Below are positions 1 to 14,913 of a stretch of 64,000 nt of DNA, piece by piece; positions within the stretch are counted from its first letter, which is position 1; every line of letters begins with the position of its first letter. Location of the stretch: assembly GCA_964016885.1 (NCBI GenBank), contig OZ024745.1, positions 37,014,001 to 37,078,000 of the forward strand, given 5' to 3'. The translations under genes and the position numbers were made by a program. This stretch comes from Eledone cirrhosa. Taxonomy: Eukaryota. The notes under the pieces were generated by a model. That model was not told where the DNA came from, searched no databases, and saw only the letters and a program-made list of their open reading frames with translations.

Positions 1-2419
1 CAGAGTTCTTGCTGTCACCATCAGCAAGCTTTCAATAATGTCCAGTAATTATACATTCATATCTAAACTGCCGGCATGTGAGCTTCATCTGTTTTTCAAC
101 TCTTAGATTGTTGATTACCTGCATCATGTGCTGATGAGGCTTTCTCTGATCCATGCTCTATCAACTTTGGTGTGTCCAGATTCGTTTTGCCCATTACATT
201 CTTCCTCTTATACAACAATCTAATTCCACTCTCTCCAACAAGGATTGAATTTCAAAAACTGGTTTTAGTTTTCAGACCCAGAAATTGCTTTATTCTCCAA
301 CAACTACTAACCCTCTACAAAGCTCAGCTGAGGCTTACAATGAAATACTATTTCTACATCTGTACCAATGTTACTGTTACACACACTCATATCCTAGACT
401 GGATCCCTAAAAAAAAAAGCCACATGACTGATTGGCATGAAATTGCTCATGTCCCACTGATGTGTTGCCTTTTCGTTCTGACTACAGTGGCTTCTGCTCC
501 TTGGAGTTAGCTATCACTCCTGCTCAAGCACTTTTAACTCTCTCTTCTCATCTCCTAAATTGTGTCCATTCTCTTTAGCACTTTAGAATTCCCCCATTAC
601 ACTTGTCTTTTTTGCAGCCATTGACTTGCCTCACTTCAAGTGTAATGTTAACGGTATCAATCTCACTAATCCTGGAGGGTTTGTGAAGAGCTTGGGTACA
701 ACATCTTCTGCCAGATGAAACCAATACCAAAAATATGTTAAAAGAGTAGCATCCAAAAGAGGAAGTTATCTTTAAACCAAAGATCTGATTTAAATGCTTG
801 TGTCAGTATGGATTCTGCTAAACACACTCAACGATCAGCTGGTGGTGGTGGTGGTGGTGGTGGTGTTAAACCAGGTGACAGATTAAGTTTACCTCCTTCA
901 GAACAAGAATGGCCCCTCTGATAGACTTCCACAGTTTCTATCTACCTAATTTGACCCTCAAGGCTATGGTAGGGGACACTTGCTCAAGTTGCTATGAAGT
1001 GAAATTGAACCCAGAGGCACAAGTGTAATATAGAGAGGAGCATGTGTAGCTAGATGATAAAGGTGTTATAGAGAATGACATAGTTGCATAGTACTAGTGT
1101 AATATTGAGAGGAGTACATGTTTGTGAATAGTAAAAATAGTACAGTGGTGAGTAAGAGGGAAAGAAAGAAAAAAGTAAAAATTGTAAATGAAAGGTGAAA
1201 TGGTGACAATTAGGGACTGAAAGGTCTTTTATAATGTCATAAATGTGATGAGAAAGCTACTGCATACCTGTACAATAGACTATATTACACAGGTGTGACC
1301 CAGGGTACCTGTTACAGCTGTTTTAGTATGGGTAATGTGTGTATGTGTGTTTCAGATGTGATTCAGAGCACTCAGTACAATTGTTTTACTGTGGGTATAT
1401 TAAATGTAATCCTGTGTACACAGTACAGCTGTTAGCACTATGTGTACATGTGTATATATCTCAGATATGATAGAGGGTACACAGTATGCACATATATATA
1501 TATGTATGGATCCATAACTATTGATGAAGTTATAGGAGTGTTATAGAGACATTTTGTATGTCTTGAACATATAAATCTGATTGATCCTATCTCTCTTCTG
1601 ATCTGAACACAACTGATTTCCTCCAGAGGAGAAAGATATAGAGGAAGAATCAACCCCAGTACTAACTGGTATTTTTTTTACTGACCTCAATAAGATGAAA
1701 CGTTAAGTTGACCTTGATAAAATTTGAGTGCAGAGCGATAGAACGGATACAGCAACATATTCTATCTGATGTTTTAATGACTCTGCCAATTTGTCATCAC
1801 AGTTCACAGTACAGCTGTTGTAATGTGATCTGTCACACGTTTTTCAAGAACACCCAATATACCTGTTGAATGTATGTGTGTGTTTGTGTACATAGTACAG
1901 TTGTTTTAATGTGGTCAATGTGTGCGTATGCTTCAGATGAAATCCGAGTCCAACTTTTGATGTCTGTAACAGTATGAAGGCTTATTGCTGTGTAGTCCAT
2001 GCTCTGTACCAGGGAATAAGAGATATAGCATATGTAGTAAGTCCCTAGAAATTTGTGAGTCACTAATTTCCACACACACACACACACACAAACACCCCAC
2101 ACAGTCTCCTCTTATGTGCCAGGTCTCCCACATGGTGATGTAGATGATGCTGTATTACATGATAGTATTCTTAGTAGTAATCTTAAACTGAAGATTGGTT
2201 CTTTAACAGCATTTCCAAAATGAAGCTGTCTTTGCAGATTGTTTAATCAAACATGTGTGTGTGTAAATAGATTTTTGGTTGTATAACCTCGGGTCATTCT
2301 CGATTATAAGCTATTCCAGCTATGAACCTCCCCATTTTTTTCTAATGGTATGTTATATTACATTATCCAAGGTGTTTATTTCATTTAAGTTGATGCTTCA
2401 TGAGCAAAACTGGTATCTT

Positions 2420-2795
2420 GGATCTTGAAATAATTCTTGTTTGGCACTTTATATATTGTTTCTAGAAGGAGTTTGGCATTCTGCTATGTCTCTGCTAGTA
2501 AGTCCATGTCCCACTGCCATACAGAAGGTCGGGAATGATACAAATTTAATCATACAATCACTGTCATTGGCAAGGAGATACTGCAGTTCTTCCACATATA
2601 GTAGGATATATTTCCAATACGCTAGTTGGTTTGTTATACCTGACAGATCTGTTCAACCATCGACATGTGATGACGTCATACTTCCAAAATTAAGGGACAA
2701 CTTGTTTTAGTTTGGTGTCATCTGTAGAATTGATGCTTTGAGTTCCAAGTTTTCATCAATGGATGATCGAGATGTTTTTATGGCTGATGTTTAGT
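2420..2795 (-). mobile_element. Decayed RTE-like RT fragment
   Basis: LNIS.K...FGSM...CIIPDLLYGSGTWTY, with stops. Confidence 0.5.
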
Positions 2796-3979
2796 TTATA
2801 AGATTTGTTGAGTTATGAGAATCAATTGACAAGGCACTTCATGTCTGTTGAAAACTACAAACAGAAATTCACAAATTATACAGTTCAGTTTTATACAAGC
2901 ATAGGAAGAATTGGATATTAATTTCTTATTTTTGATTTCTATATTCAAGTGATATTCTGTGTGTATTCCAAAACTAAATTCCAAAAGGCAGCATTGGAAA
3001 AGGAATGATACTATTCACCATACATTACTAATGTAAAAATAAATGTTACCAAAAGCTTACTCTTGTCATCATCAACCTCGTTATATGTCTTTCCATGCTA
3101 GCATGGATTGGATGAGTTGGTATTGTTTTTATAGCTAGATGCCCTTCCTAACAACAACCATCTTACAGTGTGTACTGAGTATTTTATTGTAGCACCAGCA
3201 TTACCATTTTACAGAGTCTACCGGGTGCATTTTATCATGGCACCAGCTCAATTATCAGAAATTACTCCCCAAGCAGGTATAGATTTCACCAGCTATTTAA
3301 CAAGAGTAACATAAAATTGAACTTCAGCTGTATGAGGAATATATCCAGCATTATGAAGATCCACAGTGCAAGTGTCCTATAACATCAACAATGAAATGAA
3401 CCAACATGCAACTGGCACAGCATAGAACCCTGTCCTTAGAAAAGCCTTGAAAGAAGCATAGTATATATATCAACTTGCTATATCAGAATTCAAGAAAATA
3501 CTTTCAACAGCTACCTTCCCTAACTGACTAGCTCATTTTGCCATCCTCCACAAAAAAACCTCCTATCCAAATATGCAATTCAAGGGTTATTTGGCTGCTA
3601 GTTATAGCTGGTCGAGCGAATGTATACTAGCTCCCACATAGGCTCACTCTTGTTATTTATACTCAGGTCATATCTGATTAAACAGATCTACAACGAAAGG
3701 CTTTCCAGCTATGACCATCCTGTCTTTTATCCATGTGCAATGAACCCGAAATAACATTATTGGACGTTTCTTTTTTTTTTTTTTTAAATTATTATTTTTG
3801 AAACGGTGGAGTGTAATTTGAAGATTTGGTTTTTATTTCTAGCATGTGGATCGCTTACGTTGGCTTCTTGAGTCAATGTACAATGCTGTAGCATGAGGTA
3901 AAGTAGAGGTTTTATTTCCAATCTGAATCCTGTTGAAACAAACTATCATCATCACGTTACTGTGATATTTGAGCTATCC

Positions 3980-4020
<41 letters not shown>

Positions 4021-6179
4021 GTCTATGAATGTATGTATGTATGTATATACATATATCTATATATATATATATAAACTCATATAAATACTTGTTTTAGCAA
4101 CAGGTCATTTACAAAATCCTACCGGAATCATAAGATGGTTGTAAGATGACTTCCGATATTTTTTTTATTCAAGGGACACAACTCTCGTATTTATTAAAGA
4201 CTAAATACTAAGCGATAAAGACGTATGTAACAGTACCAAGCCTTTAAAGGCCATTTACCCTGTTAAAGCAGGTATTAACGTTGCGGTCTCCATGAAAGGC
4301 TTCATGGTCATATTATGGTACTTTTTGAAGCAATGTTTTACGACTGGATGACTTCCTAACTCCAACCCATTTAGTCGCCTCTTACTACATACATGTAGGT
4401 GTACGGTGTTTTATCTTGAACAGGCTATACGCAGTATCAACACATTGCAACTATATGTATAAATATATATATTCCACACTGTTTTAAAAAAGGAAAAAGT
4501 ACGTTTTCCTCATAAATAAGCTTCTACAAACCACATGTTTCTGTATAACACATTATAGCTTGCTATTTATCTAACACAAGGACATGTGGCCAAATTTATG
4601 ACATGTATATTGTTGCATATATGGTATGTTTGCAAATATTTTATGATTATATATATATATATATGTGCATACAATTTGCATTAATGGTCACAAGAATAAT
4701 TACTCAATACCATAATAGGGATTAACAATTTGTATTATTTGTGTAAAGTCGGACTTCTGTTACTTTCACAAGCAAAACTCTAGAGTAACATGATTCTGAC
4801 TTAACCATAATAAAAATTTTATATATATTGAAATGAACTTAATCCCTCTATATATTCATGTATACATGTGTATGTATGTATGTATGTATATATATATAAA
4901 TTAAATCTACACATATCACATTTAAATACATATTTTTCATATTTCTTAGCTATGTGCAAATAAAAGCTATTGTTGGATTCACCTGAACACATAAATGGTT
5001 GTGGCATATAAAAGGAAGATGCTTAAAAGAATCATTCATTGTTTTATGAATGGAAAAAAGTGAAGATAATGATTTTCAAAGATGCATTCTTCTTAGAAAT
5101 TTTATGAAATGATATGTTGAATTTTTGTTTTTATAATTGTTTTGTTATCATTTTTCTAATAAAACCAAGAATTATTTACAATATTTTTTGTTTCAGTAGA
5201 CATCTTTTTTTAACTGTTTATATTACATGCACTGCAAATTGGCAGAATTGGTAGCAAGTCTGATTTAATGCACTGCAGAATATTTTCTTCGGCTCTCTGC
5301 ACTGAGTTAAATCTTGCCAGGGTCAACTTTGCCTTTCATCCTTTCAGGGTCAATAAAGAAAATACCTGTTTAGGGGTGGTGGATTGGCAGAGTTGTTGGA
5401 TGATTTGTGGTATCTTTTTATGGCTCTATGCTCTGAGTCCAAAGTCTCACTACCTGTCACCAGAAAAAGTTGACACATCTACCATGAGTTGTGACATTGT
5501 CAGCAATGGAAAGACCAATGGAAACTTTGTTTCTTTGGTCCAATCTAATGATCAGCCCTTTCCCATGTTATGTTTTTCATAATGTGTGCAATTTCTGTAA
5601 ATAATCATATATTTTTCACATCACTAGCTGCATTCTATTTTGTATATATCAAGTATAATTTTGCTAGATTGTGATGTTTTTGTCAAATATTGTCACAGAT
5701 ATAAGCACGATTAAAAGGCTATGAAGGTGGGAAATTATTATTTATAAAATAAAGTACTATTTTTTACATCTGAATTCCTTGCATTGTTATGTTTCTTTAA
5801 AAGAAAAATAAATACATTGGCTATAAAAGATGTTATCCTGTACCACAATTATGATAATAATGGTGTTTCAAATGTAGATGTTTACCTCTTTTGATACCAA
5901 ACTATCTAAAACTGATCCTGATACAAAGCTGTTCATATGATATCTTATAGGTATATTATAAAATCCTTCCAAATTCTTGATTATTTTCAAAATTATTTGA
6001 AAATCATATGCAGTGTTTTTCATACGAAATATGGTAACAAGAGGGGTAAAAGTAGGTATCTCAAGTCTGCATCCATCTACACTAGCAGTTCCAAACTTTT
6101 TACCAATGTGACTCATTTTAGTAAATCAAACCTCTGTCATCCCTGCCCCCAACACTTTTGTTTTTAAATATCAAAATAT

Positions 6180-6425
6180 AGATACTATGGGCATGTAATT
6201 AGAATGTCTAAGGAAAGAATTGGTAGACAGCTTTTATGGGCAAAATCAACTGGCAGTAGACCCAGAGGTAGACCCCGAGCAAGATGGTTGGATGACATCC
6301 ATGTGCTTAGCTGGTCTCAATTGGGTATCCAGCCAGATCAATTGGAGACGGTTGCTTCTGACAGGACTCACTGGAAGGAGAGAATGAGGACTCTGCCTCC
6401 AGAAGCCTCAGGAATAAGTGGGTAA
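6180..6425 (+). mobile_element. RTE-like LINE 3' fragment
   Basis: RYYGHVIRMSKERIGRQLL...GSRPRGRPRARWLD...DR..W. Confidence 0.75.
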
Positions 6426-8674
6426 AGAAGAGAAGAATAGTTTTTTTTAAGTTTTATAAAATATGGGTATGGTACTTATCTTGGAGAAATATTTCTTAGA
6501 ATTTGCATGCAGTAAGTATGTTGCAGCCTTTATGCCAGGAACCTGCAGCTCTATAGCATATCTTGAGTAATTCTTATGTACTTTGAAATCTTTCTTTTAT
6601 ATGTTGTTGTTGCGTATTGTTACTGCATTACCAAGCACTGTATCTTGGGTATGTGCAGTGTTGTTTTTGGTGTTGTAATTTCTATAGTATCGAGTATTCT
6701 TTGTTATATGTAAAGTGCTTAGTAGTGGTATGTTTTTACATGCTGTATATATTTATAAGACCTGGAGCTTTGGTTATTATTATTTATTTTCTTTTACTGG
6801 ATGGGTGATAAATTAGTGGAATCATTAAAACATCAGGAAAAATTTCTGGCCTTATACCTAAATTAGAAATCATTTTTATAAAATTAACTGGACTTCGAAG
6901 CAATTTCAGATAAGACTAAAAGCCAATAATCATTGAGTAAGAAAAAGTGTTAGTGAAATTTATGTTTTTATGTATGTATCTTAGTAAATGTAGCTCTGAT
7001 AATCTTATTATTATTTTCAATCTTGAAATGGCTCTTCAGATTGAGAAGGTTCCCAAACCTTGCTTTATACCTATGGCTTATTGTATAACATATTAAATAT
7101 TTCAAATATCTTTGATGCATTAAGGATTATACTGTGACCCTATAGACTGGGAGCTGCTGATCTGCAAAATAACAATGTTAGTTATTACTTGATATTTAAT
7201 TGATTTCAACTCTCTCACCTCTTGTAGGGTAATTATATACAAAGCTAGTAATGACATATCAATGGCAAAATTGGTAGAGCAGGAAAAGTGTCCTATATTA
7301 AATTGTGTGTGTATATTCTGAATTTAAATCCAGCCGAAAGAGACTTTAAAATGTTGATAAAATAAATATCAGTCATACACTAGGTGCTGACATAACTATT
7401 TTGTCCCTCAAAATTTGTGGCCTTGGGATTATGTTAAAAATCAATAATATATTACCCCCTAAACAACAGCATCAACACAAATGTTTTTTTTTTCTTTGTT
7501 TACCTCTTTTTATAGTCAAGTAGGTAGAGGTACGGCAGAGGGTCATTGTGACTGGTGGGAGGAAGGTAGGAAGATATCTTCAGACTGGCTGGCTACATGG
7601 TTAGAAAGTGTGCAATCTAGTAAAGGCTCCTTAAGAGCCAGGTGGTGGTAGTGGTGATAGTACTAAACCTGATAATAAATTTAGTCTTCTTATTGGCTTA
7701 CACACACTCACATATGCACACACATTGCATCATATCTAAAACGATACACATTTTAATATCAAATAGCCTGGGGCTGCGCCCCCCCCTCCCTTTCTATGAT
7801 ACAAAACTGTTTATTTTAAAGCATTTATATTTTTCTAAAAACATTCCATAATTTAATGTAAGAACCTTCATTAACTTGTAACATCCTGTAATGATTTAGC
7901 AGAAATATCTTTAAATAAATTTCTGTTAATTTAAACGCTTTTAGTGTCTTTAAAAGTTTTTCTCAACAATCTGCCCACTACTAATGTGATGAAGTCACAG
8001 TGCTAAATTTTACTTCTCAAGAATGTTTTGTACAGGATGTTAACAGTTAAGCTATGTTCCTAATAGCAACTCAGTAATGTGTAAATTAGTGATATTACTA
8101 AATCCCTCCAAACTCTTGATTATTTTCAAACTCATTTGAAAATCATAGCCAGTGCCTTTCATTAAAAAGATGGTAATGAAAATATTAAAGTGTTTATATT
8201 TATCTAAAAACATTTCATCATATTTTTATAAAAATGTTTTGTCCCAAACAGCAGTTTAATCATGGAAAAGTTAGTTATATTACTAAATCCTTGATTATTT
8301 TCAAAATTATTTGAAAAATATATCCAATGCTTTTCATTAGAAATATGATAATGAAAGGATTTCTATTTAAAATCTCGATACTTGCATTTGAAACCTGCCA
8401 AATCATTTCATTAGAAATAGGCTAATAGAAGTGTTAGAGGTACCTAAGAGCCAGATTGTGGTGGTATTAACCCGAATAAGAGATTAAGTTTTCCTCTTTG
8501 GTTACACACACATTGCAACATATGTAAAAAAAAAATAAATAAAAGATATTTAAATTTATAAATGAATGTTAAAGTAGTTTAGCAATGAATCAGTATCTAC
8601 AACTGTCAGGTTTCTTATCAAGGAAAGAAAAATATCTTTAGTATTTGTTTTTGAAAATAATAAAAAAAAAAGTC

Positions 8675-8815
8675 ATAGCGTGACTGTGTGGTTAAGAAAT
8701 TCGATTTGCAACCACATGGCTTTGGGTTCAGTCCTGCTATGTGTTGGGCAAGTATCTCTTACTACAACCCTGAACAATGACGTGTGGGTGGAATTTTGTA
8801 GATAGTAACTACAGG
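8675..8815 (+). mobile_element. tRNA-derived SINE family C (others ~10296-10400, ~42143-42300)
   Basis: tgtgtggttaagaa...gggttcagtcc box A/B-like head shared between copies. Confidence 0.55.
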
Positions 8816-8831
8816 AACTCATAATATATGA

Positions 8832-8867
<36 letters not shown>

Positions 8868-9166
8868 GTGTATATGAATGTATACATATACACACACACA
8901 TACATGTATGTAAGTATATATGGATATGTATGTTTTTTTTATATATATATATATGCAAATATGACCATCAATTGAAAGTGGGATTGGCCCTGTGCAAAGC
9001 CTATCCTTGCTTAAAGATTCAAGCATAGGCATCGTTTATGTGACATTTATTGCTGGCCATAGGCAGTCCCTAGCAGTAGTAAAAAGCCACATCTGTGGTG
9101 TTCAGGCTTAAGTATCAAGTGATGGCATTACTTGAAATCGAGTTGCAGCCATCATGTATGTATGTA

Positions 9167-9200
<34 letters not shown>

Positions 9201-9289
9201 TATGTACACACAAGCCGAAGCTGAAGCATATATACAGTATGCTCTGCCACACCCACCCTCCCACTGTATAGTGCTCGTGTAAGTATCAC

Positions 9290-9535
9290 AACAAAAAGCA
9301 TCCAGCCTATACTGTAAAGTGGTCATGTAGGTGTCACAACAAAAAGCACCCAGTAATCACTGTAAATGAGGTTAGCATTAGGAAGGGCATCCGGCCATAG
9401 AAGCCAAGCCAAAATCAGTTCTGTATAAGCAAGACATGGTCACCTGACCTGGCATTGCCTACAACAGGATGACTCGTCTAACCCATGCTAACGTGGAAGA
9501 ATGAATGTAAAACGGTGATGAGGATGATGATGATA
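9290..9535 (+). mobile_element. SINE/LINE 3' tail ending in (GAT)n (others ~12160-12295 on + and ~3065-3250 on -)
   Basis: Shared aaaaagca..cag...cactgtaaatgaggtt...ttaggaagggcatcc...gtaaaa..gatgatga. Confidence 0.6.
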
Positions 9536-12500
9536 TATATTATTGTGTGTCTATGTCTATGTTAATATTTGTGTTTATGTCTCATAATTTACTAGTTATA
9601 AAAAATAGTGATAAAGTAAGTACCAGACTCAACAAAATATGTAGTGGTTTTGATATGATCAACTAAATCAGCATGGCTACACCCTAATGACTGAAACCAG
9701 CAAACGGGTGAAATAATAAAAGAATATACTTTAACATATATATAAAATTTATTTTGAACAATAAAGACAATTTTAAGTTATTTAATTAATGTGAAACTGA
9801 AAATTTAGTTATTCATTTAATAACATACGTGATTCTCTGGGTCTTTTGTAACATAGCAGGAACTTTTATTCTAATGCTAAATTGATGGTTGTAAATGAAT
9901 TAATATGAAGGTACATGGCTTAGTAGTTAGGATGTTCAGGTTACAAATGTAAGGTCATGATTTGATTCTTCGTGGTGTGATATGTTCTTCAGCAAGACAC
10001 ATTATTTCACAATGCTCTAGTCTACTCAGCTGGCAAAAATGAGTTGTATCTGCGATTCAAAAGATCAGCCTTGTCATACCCTGTGTCATGTTGAATGTGT
10101 TTATGGAATGCTCAGGCACTTGCATACTAATTTCACAAACAGTCTATTCCTTTGACCAAATCAACTGGAACACTTGTTGTAACCAATGGAGGTTTAACAT
10201 ACATAACTGAATTATATTGATCATTCAACTGGAACAACACTTGTCAATGGAATTGTAAACAAAGCAAAAGTCTGGATTATTTCTTCACAGCAGAGGAAAC
10301 ATGCATGGTTGAATGGTTAAGAAGTTCACTGTTCAATCAAGAGGTTACAAGTTCGAGTACATTGTATGACATTTTAATCATGTGTCTGTTACCATAATCT
10401 TAGGTTATATTTATTGGTATATAAAAGAATCCAGGATAAAAAGGCATATAATTTAAAAGGGTTAATTTTTTGAAAACGATGGAAACATATCTATAAGAAT
10501 ATATTTCAAAATATAAAAAAGTAATGAAAACAATTGAATTCTGCCTTTTTCTTTTACCTATGTGTTTGATAATTTAAAGTATTGTTACTAGTGAACAGAC
10601 CATGTTGAAAATTTGTGGTATCAAAGTAATGACTTCAATTTTTTTTGTGTTACAGTACAGTGCTGTTTTATGCTTTTCAAGAATGTCTTGCTAATGTGGT
10701 TTCATGTATTACAGGACATAAAATATTAATGATGTAAGTAAAGTTTCTAAAGTAATAGTTCCAGTAACATCATAAACAGCATTGCTCCAACAAGGATACT
10801 GCAGGTGAGCTTCCAGTTCATTGTGTTAATACTAAAAGATGATTCCTGCAAAGATGATAAAATATGAAGAAAGACAAGTTTAATAAAAATAAAAAATGAA
10901 AACTTTATTCTAAACATCCAAGATTATTATTATCATTAGTTTTATTTTGATTGGGCACTCACTGCATTACTGAAAAGGTTTGTGTACTTTGCATATATGC
11001 AGCGTTATGTTTTGGTTTTGTTGTTCCACATCAACCACCATCAACACTCCCATCTTCACCATTATCACCACAAGAGTAAGGATTACATTTAGGCTTTGGG
11101 CTAATGTTAGTGTTTGTTTGATGTAGGGTTAGGATTAAGTTTGGTTAGAGTTAGAGTAAAGTTCTCTTATTGGAACATGTGAAATGAATTCAGTTAATTG
11201 GAATAGATATCTTTATTGATATTTTTATTTTCTTCACCCGAGAAACCTTTTGTCACTATTATCCTTGTTTGCTAATACTTCCTAAGGTCATTAGTATTTA
11301 ATTCTATTGATAGCATGACACAGACATAATATTTTGTGGAAAGTTTAGAAATATTATCTTGCACAAAAAAGTCAGCGTGGGGAAATATATATATTTTTAA
11401 TGTTGTATTGGCCTTTCTTTTCTATATAATTAATGGATTCAGACCAACTAAACATCTTTCTTGGGTGCAGACCTCAGAGAGGCACTTGCGGAACCTTAAG
11501 GAATCACAATATTATACAAATTTATATAATTAAATCAAATGTATCAATCCTGCAATCAATAAATACATCACTAGACACCTTTACTGTGTAACAGCTTTAT
11601 GGAAACATCCAAAGTGGTGGAGCAGGCCGTATAGTGTGATGACCTGTTACATGATTTGGTGTAGGTAAGTGTAGACTGTGTAGTGGAGAATGCACGCTCA
11701 GTATTTTTTTAGTGGGGCTAGAGCAAAAAATGCTAAAATCTAGGTTTGTCGGCTTAACAAACTAAGTTAAAATCATTTTATTTGGGAAAATCGGGCACAT
11801 TGTAGAGCTAGCCATGAGCAGTAAATAGCCATGCACCTGCTCTACCGTAGTCTAGAAGGGGAACTTAATTCTAATATTTGCAAAAATTATTAGAATTGAA
11901 AAAATATTTAACAATTTTCAGAGCCCGACAGAAACAAGAGGAGAGCAATTGATATTAGTTTGAAACGTATATATATTTATATGAAGGCACATGGCTTAGT
12001 GGTTAGAGCATTGGCCTTACAATCGAAAGGTTGTGAGTTCAATTCTCAGACCGGGTGATGTGTTGTTTCACATTGCTCCAGTTTACTCAGCTGTAGAAAT
12101 GAGATAATAGGGGCTGGGGTCCCTATCATTCCACTGCAAAATGGTCGTGGAAGTGCCACGGCAAAAAAGCATCCACCACTCACTGTAAATGAGGTTGGTG
12201 TTAGGAAGGGCATCCAGCTGTAGAAATCAAGCCATAATCAGTTCCCGTCTCACCCTTGCAAGCAGGGAAAAAGCGCACGTAAAATGAAATGATGATATAT
12301 ATATATATATATATATATATAGTGGCTGCTAGTATGATGTGATGATGCTGGGATGAGGTGGTGGGGTGTTGTACTCACTTGTGGATTGCTTAGTTGTGGA
12401 GAATGTAGGTGAAAGACGATTGGTGTGTCTGATACAGTGTGACCAGAGAATGTGGGTTTGCAAGTAAGTGTTCATTACGATGATGATGAATCCTTGGGTA

Positions 12501-13559
12501 AGTGATTTACCCTGACCAGAGAGGAAATGAAATATATCGATTACAATAACACCAAGCCGCTATGTTATACAACAATATGCGAAGAACAAATAACCAGTTG
12601 AACTGTGTGATGTTGTGTATGCGTGTTTGCTTGCAAAAATATTATAAAAATGTATTTACCAAAATTCTGTTGATGCAGAGAGACTCTAAGGGGTTTGTGT
12701 GAGACAGTCGACCACTACATTTTAGCTGATCGGTAGAAACTTTGCAACGGATTGACTGGGACCAGATTTTGTCCCCTCCAAAAATATCTAGTTGGATTGT
12801 CTCTAGACTAACTGGCGTCAGTTTGAAACTAAGAAAACTGAACATCTATGTGCCACAAGGTCAGCATGTATTCACACTGACCTACTTTGCCAAGAGTTCA
12901 AATTGTTACATAAACACAGGTTTAATTGATTGTTTCAACTTTAGGCACAAGACCAGCAATTTGAAGGGGAAGGGAAAATCGATTGAATCGACCTAGTACA
13001 TTACTGGTGCTTTATTTTATCGACCCCGTTAGGATGAAAGGCAAAGTTAACATCGACAGGATTTGAACTCAGAACGAAAATGGTTGTTTAATTAATAAAG
13101 CAACTAGTAACAATAAAAAAAATGAGTCAGAAAGAAAAAGGAAAAAAGAAAAGAAAAATATGCACACGCCTTCAATTACCCAATAAAGCAGGGAATGCTA
13201 GCATTGTCCTGTAAAAATGTTTGATCCCATCCACCGATAAAAATAGAGAAAATAATAACGTGTACGTGCACGCACACACACACACGGACACGCGGGTGAA
13301 TGTAGCAAGATAGTTTTGTTTTCTTATTTTGAGGTCTTTTGTCAATGATAACACAATATCTATTTAGTTTTAGGTAGAATAGTCTAACTAATCAACAACA
13401 GTAGTCACAACTTGTTGATACTCCAGCAATAGCTGTAGATACCACCTTTGAAATAAATCTTGTTAATCAACAGGTACAGCTTCTACAGGTTAGCCAAAGA
13501 AATATGTGTTGCTCTAACACCTTGTCAAAACAATTTAATAACAATGCGACCAACGTGTT

Positions 13560-13880
13560 GGAACTCCGTCGGTTCCGACGACGAGAGTTCAAGTTGTTTG
13601 ATCAATTGAACAGTTTGCTCATGAAATTAAGGTTCAATTGGCTGAGCATTTCACAGACATGTGTACACTTAACATAGTCCTTGAGGAGGGTTAGCGTGAC
13701 ACTTTGTATGACAAAATCGGGACTTTGAAATTAGAGACACAACACGTTGTTTTTTGTCAGCTGAATGGACTGAATCAACGTGAAATAAAGTGCCTTGCTG
13801 AAGGACACAACGCCAGGTAAAGAGCTCGCAATGTTATGATCAAGAGCTGAACATCCTAACCACTGAGACTTGTCTTCACA
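13560..13880 (-). mobile_element. tRNA-derived SINE family B (representative; others ~9908-10190, ~11983-12105, ~37751-37990, ~43270-43550)
   Basis: Shared tggcttagtggttag head and cagcaagacactttatttcacgttg...actcagctg body. Confidence 0.75.
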
Positions 13881-14482
13881 ATATGACCAGTACGAGTAAA
13901 TGAGACTTTAACCACATCGAGAATAGGTTAACATTAAACAATGTTTAATTCAATGTAACAAAGACAGGTGTGTGTGTTACTTAACATATAAGTAGACATT
14001 GTAACAACATATTTGATTGTATATATAACCCAAACATTTTTGTAAAAGAATATCATCTGGGTCTTATCTTCGAAGATGACACATCTGTTAGGCTAATCTT
14101 TTTTTCTTAATATTTCCTGCACAAATGGAGTGGTAGTCTTCTATGACTGGGTGTCCTATATGCCATCAAAAACGGTATCTTAAACTATATGAGCCAACGT
14201 GGAGGGGGACTCTAACTCGAGTTGCAAGAAATAGCAGCCAAATCCCTCTATTATAACAGCCTACCAGCTTAAGGAAAAGGAAGTACACATAGAATAATAT
14301 CCTATTAGAGACACATTGTCAGAAAAAATATATGACTGTAATTATAGGTTATATTCACAATACATGTAGCTTCAGCAGACAATACAATATATCAGGAGAC
14401 AATACAATATACCTCTATGGAGGTGGCTCCAGCAATTAAAATTTACAGCCAAATGTTTATCATCTCACTTAACGTCTTAGAA

Positions 14483-14655
14483 TAGCGATCGCCAACCTTT
14501 CGAACTTCACGGATAACTAAATTCATAATTTTAAATCCTGCGAACCAATAATAGGAATTTTTTTAAAAAGATAAATACATTTAAATTTTTCTGATGACCA
14601 CCAACATTTTCTCTCGGACCAACCGGCGAACCGCGGACCACCGGTTGGCAACCGG
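14483..14655. mobile_element. hAT (Charlie-like) MITE
   Basis: Degenerate TIRs tagcgatcgccaacc / ggttggcaaccgg; 8-bp direct repeat tcttagaa on both sides. Confidence 0.5.
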
Positions 14656-14838
14656 TCTTAGAAAATAACATTTTGGGTAATGTGGTCCTAGATTCTTTGA
14701 GCATAGGAAAATAACAGAATGGTTGCTGCTGGAGTACCTTTGATCATAGGTTTGCTCGATTATGATTGACCTGAGGTTAAACAACAATAACAACGAGGAC
14801 AACGACAAGGACAAATAGCTTTAGCAACAATAAGCTTC

Positions 14839-14913
14839 TTAACCAATAAGTTCATCATTTGCTATAAAGAGTGAAGAATCTAATGTCTCCGTTTTCTTGT
14901 CTTTCGCACGAGC
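14839..14913 (-). CDS. Candidate terminal exon of the DNase I gene (ARAKDKKTETLDSSLFIANDELIG*)
   Basis: Strong acceptor (ttctttccttttctcag), open in phase 0 to TAA; no homology support. Confidence 0.25.
   Translation of the reverse strand, partial: ARAKDKKTETLDSSLFIANDELIG

Noticed and set aside
1300-1960. Recurring acagtacagctgtt motif
   Set aside because: Decayed local repeat with no interpretable structure
11983-12050. tRNA-like sequences
   Set aside because: SINE heads without a full cloverleaf, continuing into repeat bodies
12478-12520. ATGATGA...CTGA as a C/D snoRNA
   Set aside because: Too short, no terminal stem, and the C box lies in a (GAT)n run
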